From Malacoraja senta (Eukaryota), in contig CM075993.1 in assembly GCA_038087875.1 (NCBI GenBank), positions 9,054,001 through 9,118,000 of the forward strand: a stretch of DNA of 64,000 nucleotides, written 5' to 3'. How positions within the stretch are numbered: the first letter of the stretch is position 1; each line of letters starts with the position of its first letter. Shown piece after piece: positions 12,667 to 24,521 of the stretch. The notes under the pieces were generated by a model that did not search any database, was not told the origin of the DNA, and saw only the letters and a program-made list of their open reading frames with translations. The translations under genes and the position numbers were made by a program.

Positions 12667-12899
12667 TCTTCCATCAGGCACATAAAAATGTGTCCTGCCC
12701 AATGTAGTCGACTGAGTTGAAGTAACGCCTTGATGCTGTAGATGTTGGTATTGATGCAGGCACTAATTTTTGTTTGCTTATCTTAATTTGGAGGATTTTG
12801 CATAATTAGTCAATGGACAAAGGTGCAGGAGTCGGCCATTCGAGCCAGCACCGCCATTCAATGTGATCATGGCTGATCATCCACAAAAATGGCATGTTT

Positions 12900-13400
12900 G
12901 ATATATTTCTCATACCTTGCGGTGCCAATTATAGATATTTCTGGTCTTAGAAGAGTCACCCATGCCGATTGAATGGAGTTGTTCTAAAAAACAGTTGCTC
13001 AATCTGTTTGGTTTCTCCATGTAGAGGAAACCACACCTTTGCTGCCTGGTAGACCATATATATGTGCTGCTTTGAGGTCTTGTTCTTCAACTACCCCTTT
13101 CCCTCATTAAACCAGAAGTGTGATGTTGAATTTCAAACTTTAGGCAGCCATGACTTAAGTCTTGTTGCTCATTCTTTGCACAGGTGTCTCTAACAGATAA
13201 CTCCAAGGCACCAAGACAGGGGACATGTTATGCTTTCTCCTGTGGTATCAAAGCTTTCCTGAATTGTTCCACATAGCTCACAGAGATAAGCATTACTTAG
13301 GCATAGCTACAAATTTGATTTGGAGGAAATGAATAGTTAAAGAATAAGCCTCCTTCTTCATAGTTAATGCTTGACCTAAGTATTTGTATAAGTCTCTCAT
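12900..13400 (-). mobile_element. Old Penelope-like fragment (GIY-YIG remnant)
   Basis: Minus-strand translation with frameshifts near 12970-13070 resembles CGFLY-GETKQRLSNCFLEQLHSI. Boundaries uncertain. Confidence 0.4.
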
Positions 13401-14439
13401 CCAACATCTGTACTTTTTGCTTTTCATTGTTATACAGCACATATTGTTACCACATGCTTTTTAAATGCAATCCATAGTTCCCAGAAAAGGGGAAACTCGT
13501 CCTACAAGATGCACCCTATGACTTATTGGAGCAGGTCATTGACATTCTAACCCATCACCCTATTGTTCTGATCACTCAGAAAACAGCTTGCAATACTCAG
13601 CACACCAGATCCCAGAATTTCTGGGTTTGAGCTGCCCACCAGCAATTATGTGGACTTGGCTTTTGCCAGCAACTGTTGAGCAAGAACAGCTGGAGCAAGA
13701 GAGAAAGAACTGATTGAATCATTTGAATAAGCATTCTAAATCCCCTATTCTACTGTGGTCCTCAATTTGCCTTCTCTCTGCATCACTCCATATTTGTACA
13801 TCATATTATGATAAACGTCAGAAAAATCAGGCGACTTCACATTTCCTGATGTTCTTGCTCAATTCTCCTATAAAAGGTAGCTGCGGCCAACCTCATACAT
13901 AGGGTGACCGAACCTTTGAGCCCAAAAGACTCATTGGCATTGTGGCATCACGTCATGTGTACCAACAGTCGGGTCTGGCTGATTTATAGGAAATATAACA
14001 GGGTGGAAGAGATGGATAGTAGGATTATCTCGACAGAGCCAAAGCCACTGTGATGGAACTTCCAAGTAATGTAAGATAGACCACTGTGATGAAACTTCCA
14101 AGTAATGTTGTAAGCTAATCCACTGTATCTGCCACAGGTATCCTCTTAGTGGTTTGAACATTTAAAGGCACAAAGAATGGCTAGTGTTGAGGGGTGAGGT
14201 AAGACATGCATGCTTGCAGCACCTGCAGCATGTACTAAGTTAATGGTGTGGGTTGAACGGGAGATGTAATATGAAAAGTTAATTAAGGTAAGAGCTATTA
14301 AATCATCTCCAAAGCGCTGAGCCATTACAGTTCTGTGTGGCTCAAGTTGGTTTAATGACATTTGTACCAGCTGTGTACTACCCTCCCCTATAAGAAATGT
14401 CAAATGACTGTCGTGCAATATGCATGCGTCATACTATAT

Positions 14440-15162
14440 GTCTTGGATGAATCGTGTGTGGGCAGGGGGGGGGTTGTAGGTGGGATCAGTGTAGGCGGGG
14501 AGGGGTGTGTTGTTTTTGGGCAGGGTGGGAGAGGGGTTGGGGGGGAAGGGCGGTGTGGGTGGGGGGGGGATGGATGGGGGGAGGGGGTTTTGTGGGGAGG
14601 GGTGTGTGGGCGGGGAGAGGGAGAGAGCTCGGGGAAGAGCCACGGGGGAGGGGAGCAGGAGCAAACGAGGGGGGCCAGAGGGGAAGAGGCTGGAGCTGGC
14701 GGTGCAATGCGGACTCACAGCGGGCGCTGGTCACTGGTCATTCTCCTTGGCCGGGATCAGAGTCTCTGCTTTCCGTTTGGCGACATATCCGACTGTGCCG
14801 GGCTGGGCCGGGCCACTTCCAAACCCTCCAAAAATTGTGTCCAGTTGGAGACCTACGCCGGCCATCCAGTAAGTCCCTCAGCTCCTGTAAAGACGCAATG
14901 GCGCAGGAAGGGGCGGACCGACCCGCGGAGTGACAGGAGAAGAGATTAATCCGCGCGGCGCTGACTGGCGCGGTTTTTAAGATTTTTAAACCTCGCTAAC
15001 TTTTACAATATGCCACCGATCGGAACAAAACTTGTTGCACTCGCAGCACAGGAGAACGGTGAGTGCGTTGGCGAAAAATCGTAGCGCTATTGCGTACCGT
15101 TTTTGCGCAAATTAAAAAACGGGCAAACTGGAACAGCACAAGATCAGAGTTTTAGGTATGTA
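14440..15162 (-). mobile_element. Non-autonomous Helitron unit 1 (3' end not identified)
   Basis: Right end cacaagatcagagttttaggtatgta is the reverse complement of a 5' end like that of the + strand element at 55912 (taaaattctgatcttgt). G-rich interior. Confidence 0.6.
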
Positions 15163-15700
15163 CTAGACCAAATGCAGACCCGTTTGGTCTGGACACCGAA
15201 TGTGCTTAAGACCCCGGAGTGTGAGATCCGAACGTGTTTAAGAGCCCTCGGTGAAAATAAGTAGCGGAAAAAAAAAACATGTTTCAGACCCCGGGGTGAA
15301 AATTCAGAACGTGCTTCAGACCCCTGGAAAATGAAGGTGCTTCAGAACCCCGGGTTTTAGAGTCCGAACGTGATTCATAGCCCGGGGTGAAAATCGCTAG
15401 GTAAAAAAAGATGGTGTCGTTTTCGGAGCAGAATCGGAATCGACAGCAGCCGTTATGGTGGCTGACCAGCAGGAGGAGACAAAATGAGTGAGTGGGGGGG
15501 TGATGGATTTTATTTAAAAATGTGTACATAAATATGTAATCAGGAGTGGCTAATCGTAAAGAAAAATGAAATCTACCGAAATGGAAAAAAATATCGGAGT
15601 TTCTGCGTGCGGTGTGGGCGTAGCGTGGTATCAAAGGGGCTGGCTGGCACAAGTCAAGCAGGCGGCAGCCAGCCACCACACACAGAGTTTTAATATTATA
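15163..15700 (-). mobile_element. Non-autonomous Helitron unit 2
   Basis: CTAG at 15163-66 with hairpin CAGACC-CGTTT-GGTCTG. 5' end cagagttttaatattata. About six ~30-bp internal repeats (gaacgtgcttcagacccc...gaaaat) at 15197-15395. Confidence 0.8.
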
Positions 15701-17188
15701 CTAGGCCAAGTGCAGACCCGTTGGGATGGACACCGAACGTGCGTTTGCGGGGGGGGGGAAGGCTGTGGCGTCACAATAATCACCACCTTTCCTCCAAAGC
15801 ACGGAATCCGGCACCCACAAACACACACACTCATCACACCCCTTGAAGGGGGGGGGGGTTGGAGCGGGCGTGCATGAGTCGAGCCGCGGGCTGTGAAGAG
15901 AGAAGGGCAGAGAGAGAGAGAGAGAGGGGAGAGACAGAGAGACTGGTACACAAAAAAAAGCTGGAGAAACCCAGCGGGTGCAGCAGCATCTATGGAGCGA
16001 AGGAAATAGGCAACGCTTTGGGCCGAAGCACATCCTCAGACGGGTTTTCTACCGAAAGGTTGCCTGTTTCCTTCGATCCATAGATGCTGCTGCACCCGGT
16101 GAGGATATACAGGTTTTTTTGTGTACCTTCTATTTTCCAGCATCTGCAGTTTCGTCTTAAAGACAGAGAGACTGTTGGCGGGCTGTTTTCCCAACGCGCG
16201 TTTGTGGGAGGGGGGGGCTGTGGCATCACACTCACACTAACCACCCCCAAACTCACACTAACCACCCCCAAACACACTCGGGGGGAGGGGGGAGCGGAAG
16301 ACGGGGTGGGGAGAGAAGAGGAGAGGGAGACAGGGTGGGGAGAGAGGGGGAGGGGGAGGGAGGGGAGAGGGGGAGGGGGAGGGGAGAGGGGGAGGGGGAG
16401 GGAGGGGAGAGGGGGAGGAGGAAAGGGGAGAGATTGGTGAGGGTGAAGAGAGCAGGGTGGGGGAGAGGGAGGGGGAGGGCAGGAAGGGGGGAGAGGGGGG
16501 AGTGGATGTTAGAGGTGGAGAGAGGGGATGAGGGGAAGGGGAGTGGAGAGGAGTAGGGGAAGAGAGGGAGGGGGGTGGGAGAGGGGAAGAGTGGGGAGTG
16601 AGGGACAGCGGGGAGTGGTGCAAGAGAGAGGGGAAGGGGGTGGGGGGGAGATGGGGGTGAAGAAGGGTGGTGGAGGGGGTGGGAGGGGAGGGAGGGGGAG
16701 AGGAGAGAGGGGGAAGAGTGAGGAGGGAGAGGAAGTAGGAGGGGTAGGGACAGTCCATCTGTTCCCCATTCCCTATCACCCCCACACACGTGACGACGCC
16801 CTTCGACACAGGCTGCAGGGGTAGGGGCTGGGGCTGCTGCAAAGGCATATGTAAATGGATCCATTCCGATTGGACATGTGTGAGGATCGGGCATTGTGAC
16901 ATCACACAATTGAAACTTCACGAACATTCTATGGCTGAGAGCTGTTTGTTTAACATTTTGAAATGTTTGGGGGTGGGGGGGGAGAAGTATTTTATTTTAA
17001 AAAGTGTACACAAACACGACCAAATTTAATCAGGAGTGTCTATTCGTAAAGATAAATGTAATCTCTTTAGAAATGTTTAAAAATATCGGCCTTTCCGCGC
17101 GCTGTGTGGGCCTAGGGGGATTTGGTGGAAGTCAGGCGGACACAAGTCAGGCGGACACAAGTCAGGCGGACACAGAGTTTTATATAAT

Positions 17189-17192
<4 letters not shown>
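15701..17192 (-). mobile_element. Non-autonomous Helitron unit 3 with G-rich tract and Penelope insert
   Basis: CTAG at 15701-04 + gcagacccgttggg. On the minus strand it starts A|TCTTATTATATAAAACTCTG. 5' part homologous to unit 2. 15-bp repeat aagtcaggcggacac x3 at 17129-17173. Confidence 0.8.
15946..16160. mobile_element. Fold-back Penelope terminal-repeat mini-element
   Basis: Inverted arms (gtacacaaaaaa...gcagcagcatctatgga / tccatagatgctgctgc...ttttgtgtac). Perfect 14-bp TSD AGACAGAGAGACTG at 15932-45 and 16161-74. Confidence 0.8.

Positions 17193-17221
<29 letters not shown>
17191..17221 (+). repeat. (GATA)7 microsatellite abutting a Helitron 5' end
   Basis: gatagatagata... read directly from the sequence. 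Confidence 0.95.
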
Positions 17222-17351
17222 GTAAAGTTAGGTCTGAGTCTTAAATTATATAAATTGTTGGTGGGTGAGCTGTTGGGAGAGGTCGGAATACAAGCATGTA
17301 TTTCCTGATCTTGACCATGTGAGTGAGATCATTGAACTTTTTCCTGTATTG

Positions 17352-18020
17352 TCATGTCAAGTCAAGTGAGTTTATTGTCATGTGTCCCTGATAGGACAAT
17401 GAAATTCTTGCTTTGCTTCAGCACACAGAACATAGTAGGCATTTACTACAAAACAGATCAGTGTGTCCATATACCATAATATAAATATATACACACATGA
17501 ATAAATAAACTGATAAAGTGCAGATAACAGATAATGGATTATTATTAATCAGAGTTTTGTCCGAGCCAGGTTTAATAGCCTGATGGCTGTGGGGAAGTAG
17601 CGATTCCTGAACCTGGTTGTTGCAGTCTTCAGGCTCCTGTACCTTCTACCTGAAGGTAGCAGGGAGATGAGTGTGTGGCCAGTATGGTGTGGGTCTTTGA
17701 TGATACTGCCAGCCTTTTTGAGGCAGCGACTGCGATAAATCCCCTCGATGGAAGGAAGGTCAGAGCCGATGATGGACTGGGCAGTGTTTACTACTTTTTG
17801 TAGTCTCTACTGTGTACCTGTAGAAGTTAGAGAGAGTCCTCCTTGACAAACCGACTCTCCGTAATCTTCTTAGGAAGTAGAGGCGCTGATGAGCTTTCTT
17901 GATAATTGCATTAGTGTTCTCGGACCAGGAAAGATCTTCAGAGATGTGCACCCCCAGGAATTTGAAGCTCTTGACCCTTTCAACCATGATATAAACGGGA
18001 CTGTGGGTCCCCATCCTACC
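17352..18020 (-). mobile_element. Rex1/Babar LINE 3' fragment
   Basis: ORF VERVKSFKFLGVHISEDLSWSENTNAIIKKAHQRLYFLRRLRR; (CTTGA)n-type tail gtcaagtcaag at ~17356. Confidence 0.85.
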
Positions 18021-18829
18021 CTATTGCATCCACATCCTTGAAATATGGTTTGTTTGTTGAGTGCTGGTTTTTCTGACAGAGTGTTTAGCATTCTGCCAAT
18101 GCTAATGCAGAACCCTTTGTTATCTTCAGCTTTTCTTTTAAGACTTCTGGTGGTATGTCAGGGAATCCCATTAATGTCATAGCAATCCCAATAAACCTGC
18201 AGAATGATTTTCGCCAATGGTTTCCGTTACAATGCACATTTGCTGTAAAAGCTGCTTTTAATAAGCTGGCTTGAACTGGTTTTAGATACTCAAGTATTTA
18301 GACCCTTTGATACACTATGGAGTAGACATAAAAGTAGCACTAAATGATGGTGAAACCATTGACGCAGCACAAATTCTGCACTGGTTGAAAATGGTATTTG
18401 TTACCAATTGTCAATGCCCATATTCCACAGCTACTCAGCTTCCCAGGAAATAAACTAAATAATTTAACCTGAGAAAATACCTACCTGCAGCATGCAAGTT
18501 CTGAGATGTAGGTTATTGCAACAGGCAAATCAAAATAATGGATGGAAAAGGAAAGAGAAAATGGGAGAAAAATAATAATTTGATGAATAAGGAGGCTAAT
18601 TTCACACTTTAAATGGAGGGAGAGGACTTGAACATGTTCAAAGCTTCCAATTTAAATCCTCAATTGCTAGTCAATAAATATATATTCAATGCATTTATTG
18701 TGCTTTATATTTTCCCTTGAATTGCCTTCGTGCAGGCCACTGCCAAATACTTGTGGCATTGTCATATTCTAAAGTGGTATTGTCAGTCTTCACTGGAACA
18801 AAAACACTGGAACAAAAGCACATAAAGCA

Positions 18830-21800
18830 CACCTCAAATGTAGGAGTTTCTCGACTAACATAGGCAACTCTTTCTCCTCCCCAGCTAATCTCTGCTGTGG
18901 GGTTCCACAAGGTTCCATCCTTGGCCCCATTCTCTTCTCCCTGTATATGCTCCCCTTAGGCCAAGTCATTGAAAGGCACGGCATTTCCTTCCATTGCTAC
19001 GCAGACGATACACAACTCTATCTCCCCCTGAAGCCCAAAAAACAATCAAATCTGCTTAACCTTACCCGCTGCCTCGAGGATATAAAGTGTTGGATGGCCC
19101 AGAACTTCCTCCAACTAAACAAGAGTAAGTCTGAGGTCATCCTTCTCGGCCCCTCGTACTCAATCAAAATGATAGCAGGCAGCCTTGGAAGCCTTACCCC
19201 ACTACTCAAACCTCATGTCAAAAACCTTGGCGTGATATTTGACTCAGCACTGAAATTTGACAAACAAGTCAATGCCGTGGTAAAAGCTAGCTTCTTTCAG
19301 CTTCAGACGATAGCTAAAATAAAACAATTCCTCCACTTTGATGACCTCGAAAAGATCATCCACACATTTATCTCCTCCCGCCTAGATTACTGCAACTCCC
19401 TTTACACTGGCATCAGCCAATCTTCCCTGTCCCGCCTGCAACTCGTCCAAAACGCCGCATCGAGACTCCTGACGGGCACCCGAAAAAGGGACCACATCAC
19501 CCCGATCCTGGCCTCTCTCCACTGGCTCCTTGTGCGGTTCCGTATACATTTTAAGATCCTCCTCTATGTCTACAAAGCCCTCAATGGGCTTGCCCCCACC
19601 TACATTAAAAGTCTTCTCACCCACCACTCCACCTCCAGGTCCCTCAGATCGGCCAACTTGGGGTTGCTGAATATCCCGCGGTCTAGGCATAAGCTCAGGG
19701 GCGACCGCGCCTTTGCGGTTGCAGCTCCTAGACTGTGGAACAGCATCCCCCTTCCCATCAGAACTGCCCCCTCCATCGACTCCTTTAAGTCAAGATTAAA
19801 AACTTATCTATACTCCCAAGCCTTTCCTGACGTCCTTATAGCGAGGGCTATATGTATATATGTATGTAGTTTGTTTGTTTATATTATTCTTATAATCCAT
19901 ACTTAGACAAATCAGTAAAACAAAGAAGGAGTAATTTAAAATCTAAGACTAGTGAACTTCTAAATACATATATAAAAAATACTAATATAACAGATGTATG
20001 GAGATCTGCTAATCCAGCAGGAAGGGAAAATTCGTTTTACTCTTCGGTACATAAAACATATTCAAGAATTGATTATTTTTTAGTGGATATGAAATTAATG
20101 CCATATACAATTAATCCAACATATCACATTAGTAGTATTTCTGATCACTCTCCGTTGACTTTTTCAGTAAAATTTGAGGGAATGCCGGGTAAAAACTTTT
20201 TTTGGAGATTTAATACATATATATTAAATGACTTACTTAATACTTAATACTTAAAACAACAAATGAAATTTTTTTTTAGATAAATGATACACCAGGTACC
20301 TCACCTTCTTTACTATGGGAAACTTTTAAAGCATTTATTAGAGGAATTATAATTTCATATGAAATTTTTCAAAATAAAAAGAATAAAACAGAACAAACGT
20401 TGTTAGAACAAGAAATAAGACAGTTAGAGTTAGATAATGCTAAAGATTCCACTATAGATAAACATAATAAGATAATATTACTGAAATTTAAACTTAATGG
20501 AATTCTCTCGGCAAGAGTAATAAGATTATTCCAAATTACAAAACAGGAACATTTTGAGTTTGGTGACAAACCACATAAGCTGTTAGCGCGCCAACTGAAA
20601 AAACAAGAAAAAGAAAATACTATAAATAAAATTAAATCCGAGAATGGTGAATTACTAATACTACCTAAAGATATTAATAAAAGATTTGCTCAATTTTATC
20701 AAAATTTATATACATCAAAAACTAAAACAGAAGATAGTAAAATTAAAAAATGTTTAGATAATTGTAATCTACCAAAACTTGATCTTTTGGAACAAGAAGA
20801 ACTCGGAGCGCAAATTACAATCGAAGAAATAGGTGAAACAATAAAATCATTGAAAAATGGTAAGACACCGGGACCAGATGGTTTTAGTAATGAATTTTAT
20901 AAAAAAATTCATGAGATAACGACCCCCTATTTATTTAATTTATATACTCACGCTTTTAAAGAAAATAAATTACCTGAAACATTAGCAGAATCAACTATCA
21001 CGCTTATTCCAAAGAAAGATAAAGATCTAGAGGAACCGGGCTCATATAGAGCTATATCACTTTTAAATACAGATCAGAAAATTTTAGCAAAAACCTTAGC
21101 CAGAAGATTAAGCAAATATATTAGTAAATTGATAAATCCTGATCAAACGGGGTTTATACCCAAAAGATATTCATTTATAATTTGAGACGCCTGTTTAATA
21201 TAATGTACTCACATAAAGTGGAGGAAGAAGACATATCAATTATTTCTTTGGACGCAGAGAAAGCATTTGATCAGGTAGAATGGCAGTATTTATACAAAGT
21301 ATTACAAAAATTTAATATGGGAGAGAATTTTATTACATGGGTGAAATTATTATATGATAAACCGATGGCAAGAATATTAACTAATAGTATGTTATCTCAA
21401 AAATTTCAATTATCGAGGGGTAATAGGCAGGGATGTGCTTTATCACCCCTGCTATTTGCCCTTATGATAGAACCTTTGGCTGAAAGTATAAGAAGTCATC
21501 CGAATATTCAGGGTTATAATACTAGGGACTCAAATAATAAAATTTCATTATATGCAGATGATATTCTGTTATATATAACAAACTCACAAACGAGCATACC
21601 AAATTTATTAAACTTAATAGAGGAATTTGGGTCCTTTTCTGGATATAGAATAAATTGGAACAAAAGTGAAATCATAGAAAAATTTAAATATCTGGGTATT
21701 CAGATTACTAGAAAACATAAAGCTTTATTCAATGTCAATTTTATACCTTTAATAAATAAACTTAATATAATGATTAAATTTTGGAAAACACTTCCTTTAT

Positions 21801-23571
21801 CATTAATAGGTAGAATAAACGCTATAAAAATGATCTTTCTACCACAGTTATTATACCTATTTCAGTCTATACCAGTATATGTACCAAAATATTTTTTTTC
21901 TAAATTAAACTCTAATATTACTAATTTTGTTTGGGACTATAAATCACATAGAATTAAAAAAGAACATTTATGTAAACCAAAAGATGTCGGGGGACTTTCA
22001 CTCCCGAATTTTCTGTATTACTATTGGGCAATACATATTAAGAATATAATTTACTGGTTGGATAGTTCAACCCAACAGACAGAATGGATAAAAATGGAGA
22101 AAGAGGATTGTTACCCTTGTAATATAGGAACGATCCTCTTCTCCCCGAAGAAAATGAACAATACAATATATAAGAAGAACCCAATTATACAAGATACAAT
22201 AAGAATATGGAAACAAATACAATTATCCTTAAAATTAAGAAACCTATCATTGTTAACACCGATAGCGAATAATCCTTTATTTAAACCATCTATGGTGGAC
22301 AAAATATATAATCTTAGGAATTAAAAGGATCGGGGACATGTATGAAATGGGAGATTTACTATCATTTCAACAATTACAATTAAAATTTAAACTGAAAAAC
22401 AATCATTATTTTAAATATTTTCAGATTTGCAATTTCTTGAAGACATATATACAGGGATATCAAAAAATAATTCCTGATTTATTGGAAGAAGTAATGAATA
22501 TTAAAGCTGATACACAAAAATTAATATCATATTTATATAATAGTATTTTAAATATAGATTTACCTGCGACTGAGGTAATTAGAGAAGAGTGGGAACGGGA
22601 ATTAATGATAAAAATTACGAAGGTTACATGGGAAAAATATTTGACATACATTCACAAATGTTCGATTAATGCAAGACATAATCTAATTCAATTTAAAATT
22701 TTACATAGATTGTATTACTCAAAAACAAGATTAAATAAATTTTACCCAAATATATCCCCCACTTGCGATACATGTTTAACCCAAGATGCAATTATAACAC
22801 ACTCTTTTGTTTCCTGTATAAAACTTCATAGATTTTGGAGTGATATTTTCGAAATATTCACAAAATTATTTAAGATAAAAATGGAACCTAATAATGAATT
22901 GATTATATTTGGGGTAATGGAAGATGGGAATAAATTGAATCCATCTCAAAAATTATTTTTTAATTATGGTTTAATAATAGCAAAAAAATTAATATTTAAA
23001 TTTTGGAAAAATACACCAATACCAACGCTCAAAATGTGGATTGCAAGTATGTTGGACACCGCACATTTTGAGGAAATGCGATTCCTCCTAATAAATAAAT
23101 TTGACCAATTCATAACGAGTTGGTCTCCATTTGTCGTCTTTTTGGAATCATATGGTGCAACACAATTGTAAAAGCTAACTCGTGATTGGGCGAGGGATGG
23201 TCAAGATTATAAATAAGATCTCCTTACTTCTTTTTTCTTTTTCTTCCTTTTTCTTCTTTTATTTTCTTTTTCCTATTTTCTATTCCTTAATTTTCTTCTT
23301 TCACTCTCTATTTTTCTTTTTCACACACTATATATCTCACATTTTTCTATTTTTCATTATCTAACTTTTTCTTTTTCTTCTTTATTATAAAAATAAGAAG
23401 CTGTACATAAAATGCATTATGAAAATATGATTGTATGCAATTGTACTTCTAATAAAATAAAAATATTAAAAAATATATATATATATTATTCTTATAACAA
23501 ATGTAAAGCACTTTGGCCAACGAGAGTTGTTTTTTAAATGTGCTATATAAATAAATGTGACTTGACTTGAC
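18830..23571 (+). mobile_element. L2-clade LINE (5'-truncated) whose 3' UTR is interrupted by an L1
   Basis: GVPQGSILGP, HCYADDTQLY, SRLDYCNSL, LQLVQNAA and DHITPILASLHWL in one open frame (ORF 18947-19906). The 3' tail resumes at 23498: tgtaaagcactttgg...gctatataaataaatgtgacttgacttgac. Confidence 0.92.
19896..23481 (+). mobile_element. L1-clade LINE, 5'-truncated within the endonuclease, frameshifted ORF2
   Basis: SRIDYFLVD and SDHSPL (EN), KTPGPDGF, LDAEKAFDQVEW, RQGCALSPLLF, LYADD (RT), CDTC...HSFVSC knuckle. T-rich 3' UTR and A-rich tail. 16-bp TSD TATATTATTCTTATAA at 19880-95 and 23482-97. Confidence 0.93.
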
Positions 23572-24521
23572 GACATATAGTAATGATAAAGAGCCTTTGC
23601 AAAGTACACTGACTGAATAGTCTAGGTTGGTTTCAGTGCATCTTTGTTAAAAGCTTTAGCAGCTTTCACATTTGTTGTTTCAGAAATACAACCTACTTCA
23701 TTGGTTGTTGTAAAGTTACTGTGCAAGATGAAAAGCAGACACTTGGCACCTTCTTTTGAAAAACATCTATTGAATTTTAAAACTTTATTTAATGTCACAC
23801 CAGTTGACTGTCATTGAAGAACTTCTACCTGGCTATTTTTTAACTGATTAAATAAATGTATTTGATTCCAAAAGCGATGGAAATTTCTGTCAGAGTGCAA
23901 CATCACATCTATTCTAGAACATATAGTATTTAGATGTTTAGAATTTGTCTTCATTACTCTTTGATCTATTAACCCAATTCTCCACAATTTAGCAAATACC
24001 TTAGACTTTTACACAATCTATTGTGAATTTGAAATGCAAACAATATAAATCTGAATCCACTTAATCTGACAGAAACATGCCATCAATCAACAGTAATGCA
24101 TTCGGAGCTGCAACAAGATGCCAATAAAGAAGACATGTGATAGGTGTTATTTAGTCAAATGGCTTATTGGAAGGGTGATTTACATCTTCTGAATGAGGTA
24201 AAATTTCAGCATTAAACGCTGATCTCCTTTTCCTTTTAGTATTTTGGAGTGTGGAAGGAAAAGTGCAATGTAATGGCACATATAGATTTTACTTCGGAGT
24301 CACGTGAGTGACTACGTGAAGAAGACCCCGTCCAGCCGCACACGCGTCATATCGATCAGACGCATAGCGTTCATGACCGTGTGTGGAGGAGCAGGAGCTC
24401 CTCCAGGCGGTGAGTAAAAAGCAAAGTTAAAGTAAAAGTCGGAAGGTAAGTGGGTTCATTTTCACTCACAGGGCGCTTTTCTTCCCGCTCAGACGTGTTG
24501 GTAGAGTCCACACAAGTTACA

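Noticed and set aside
14045..14126. ~36-bp tandem duplication ccactgtgatg(g/a)aacttccaagtaatg
   Set aside because: Two copies plus a stub; ordinary local duplication with no further structure (similarly 32420-32460 and 51455-51506).
15197..15395. Spaced ~30-bp repeats resembling a CRISPR array
   Set aside because: Degenerate tandem units with no unique spacers of constant length, no cas genes, eukaryotic context; internal to a Helitron.
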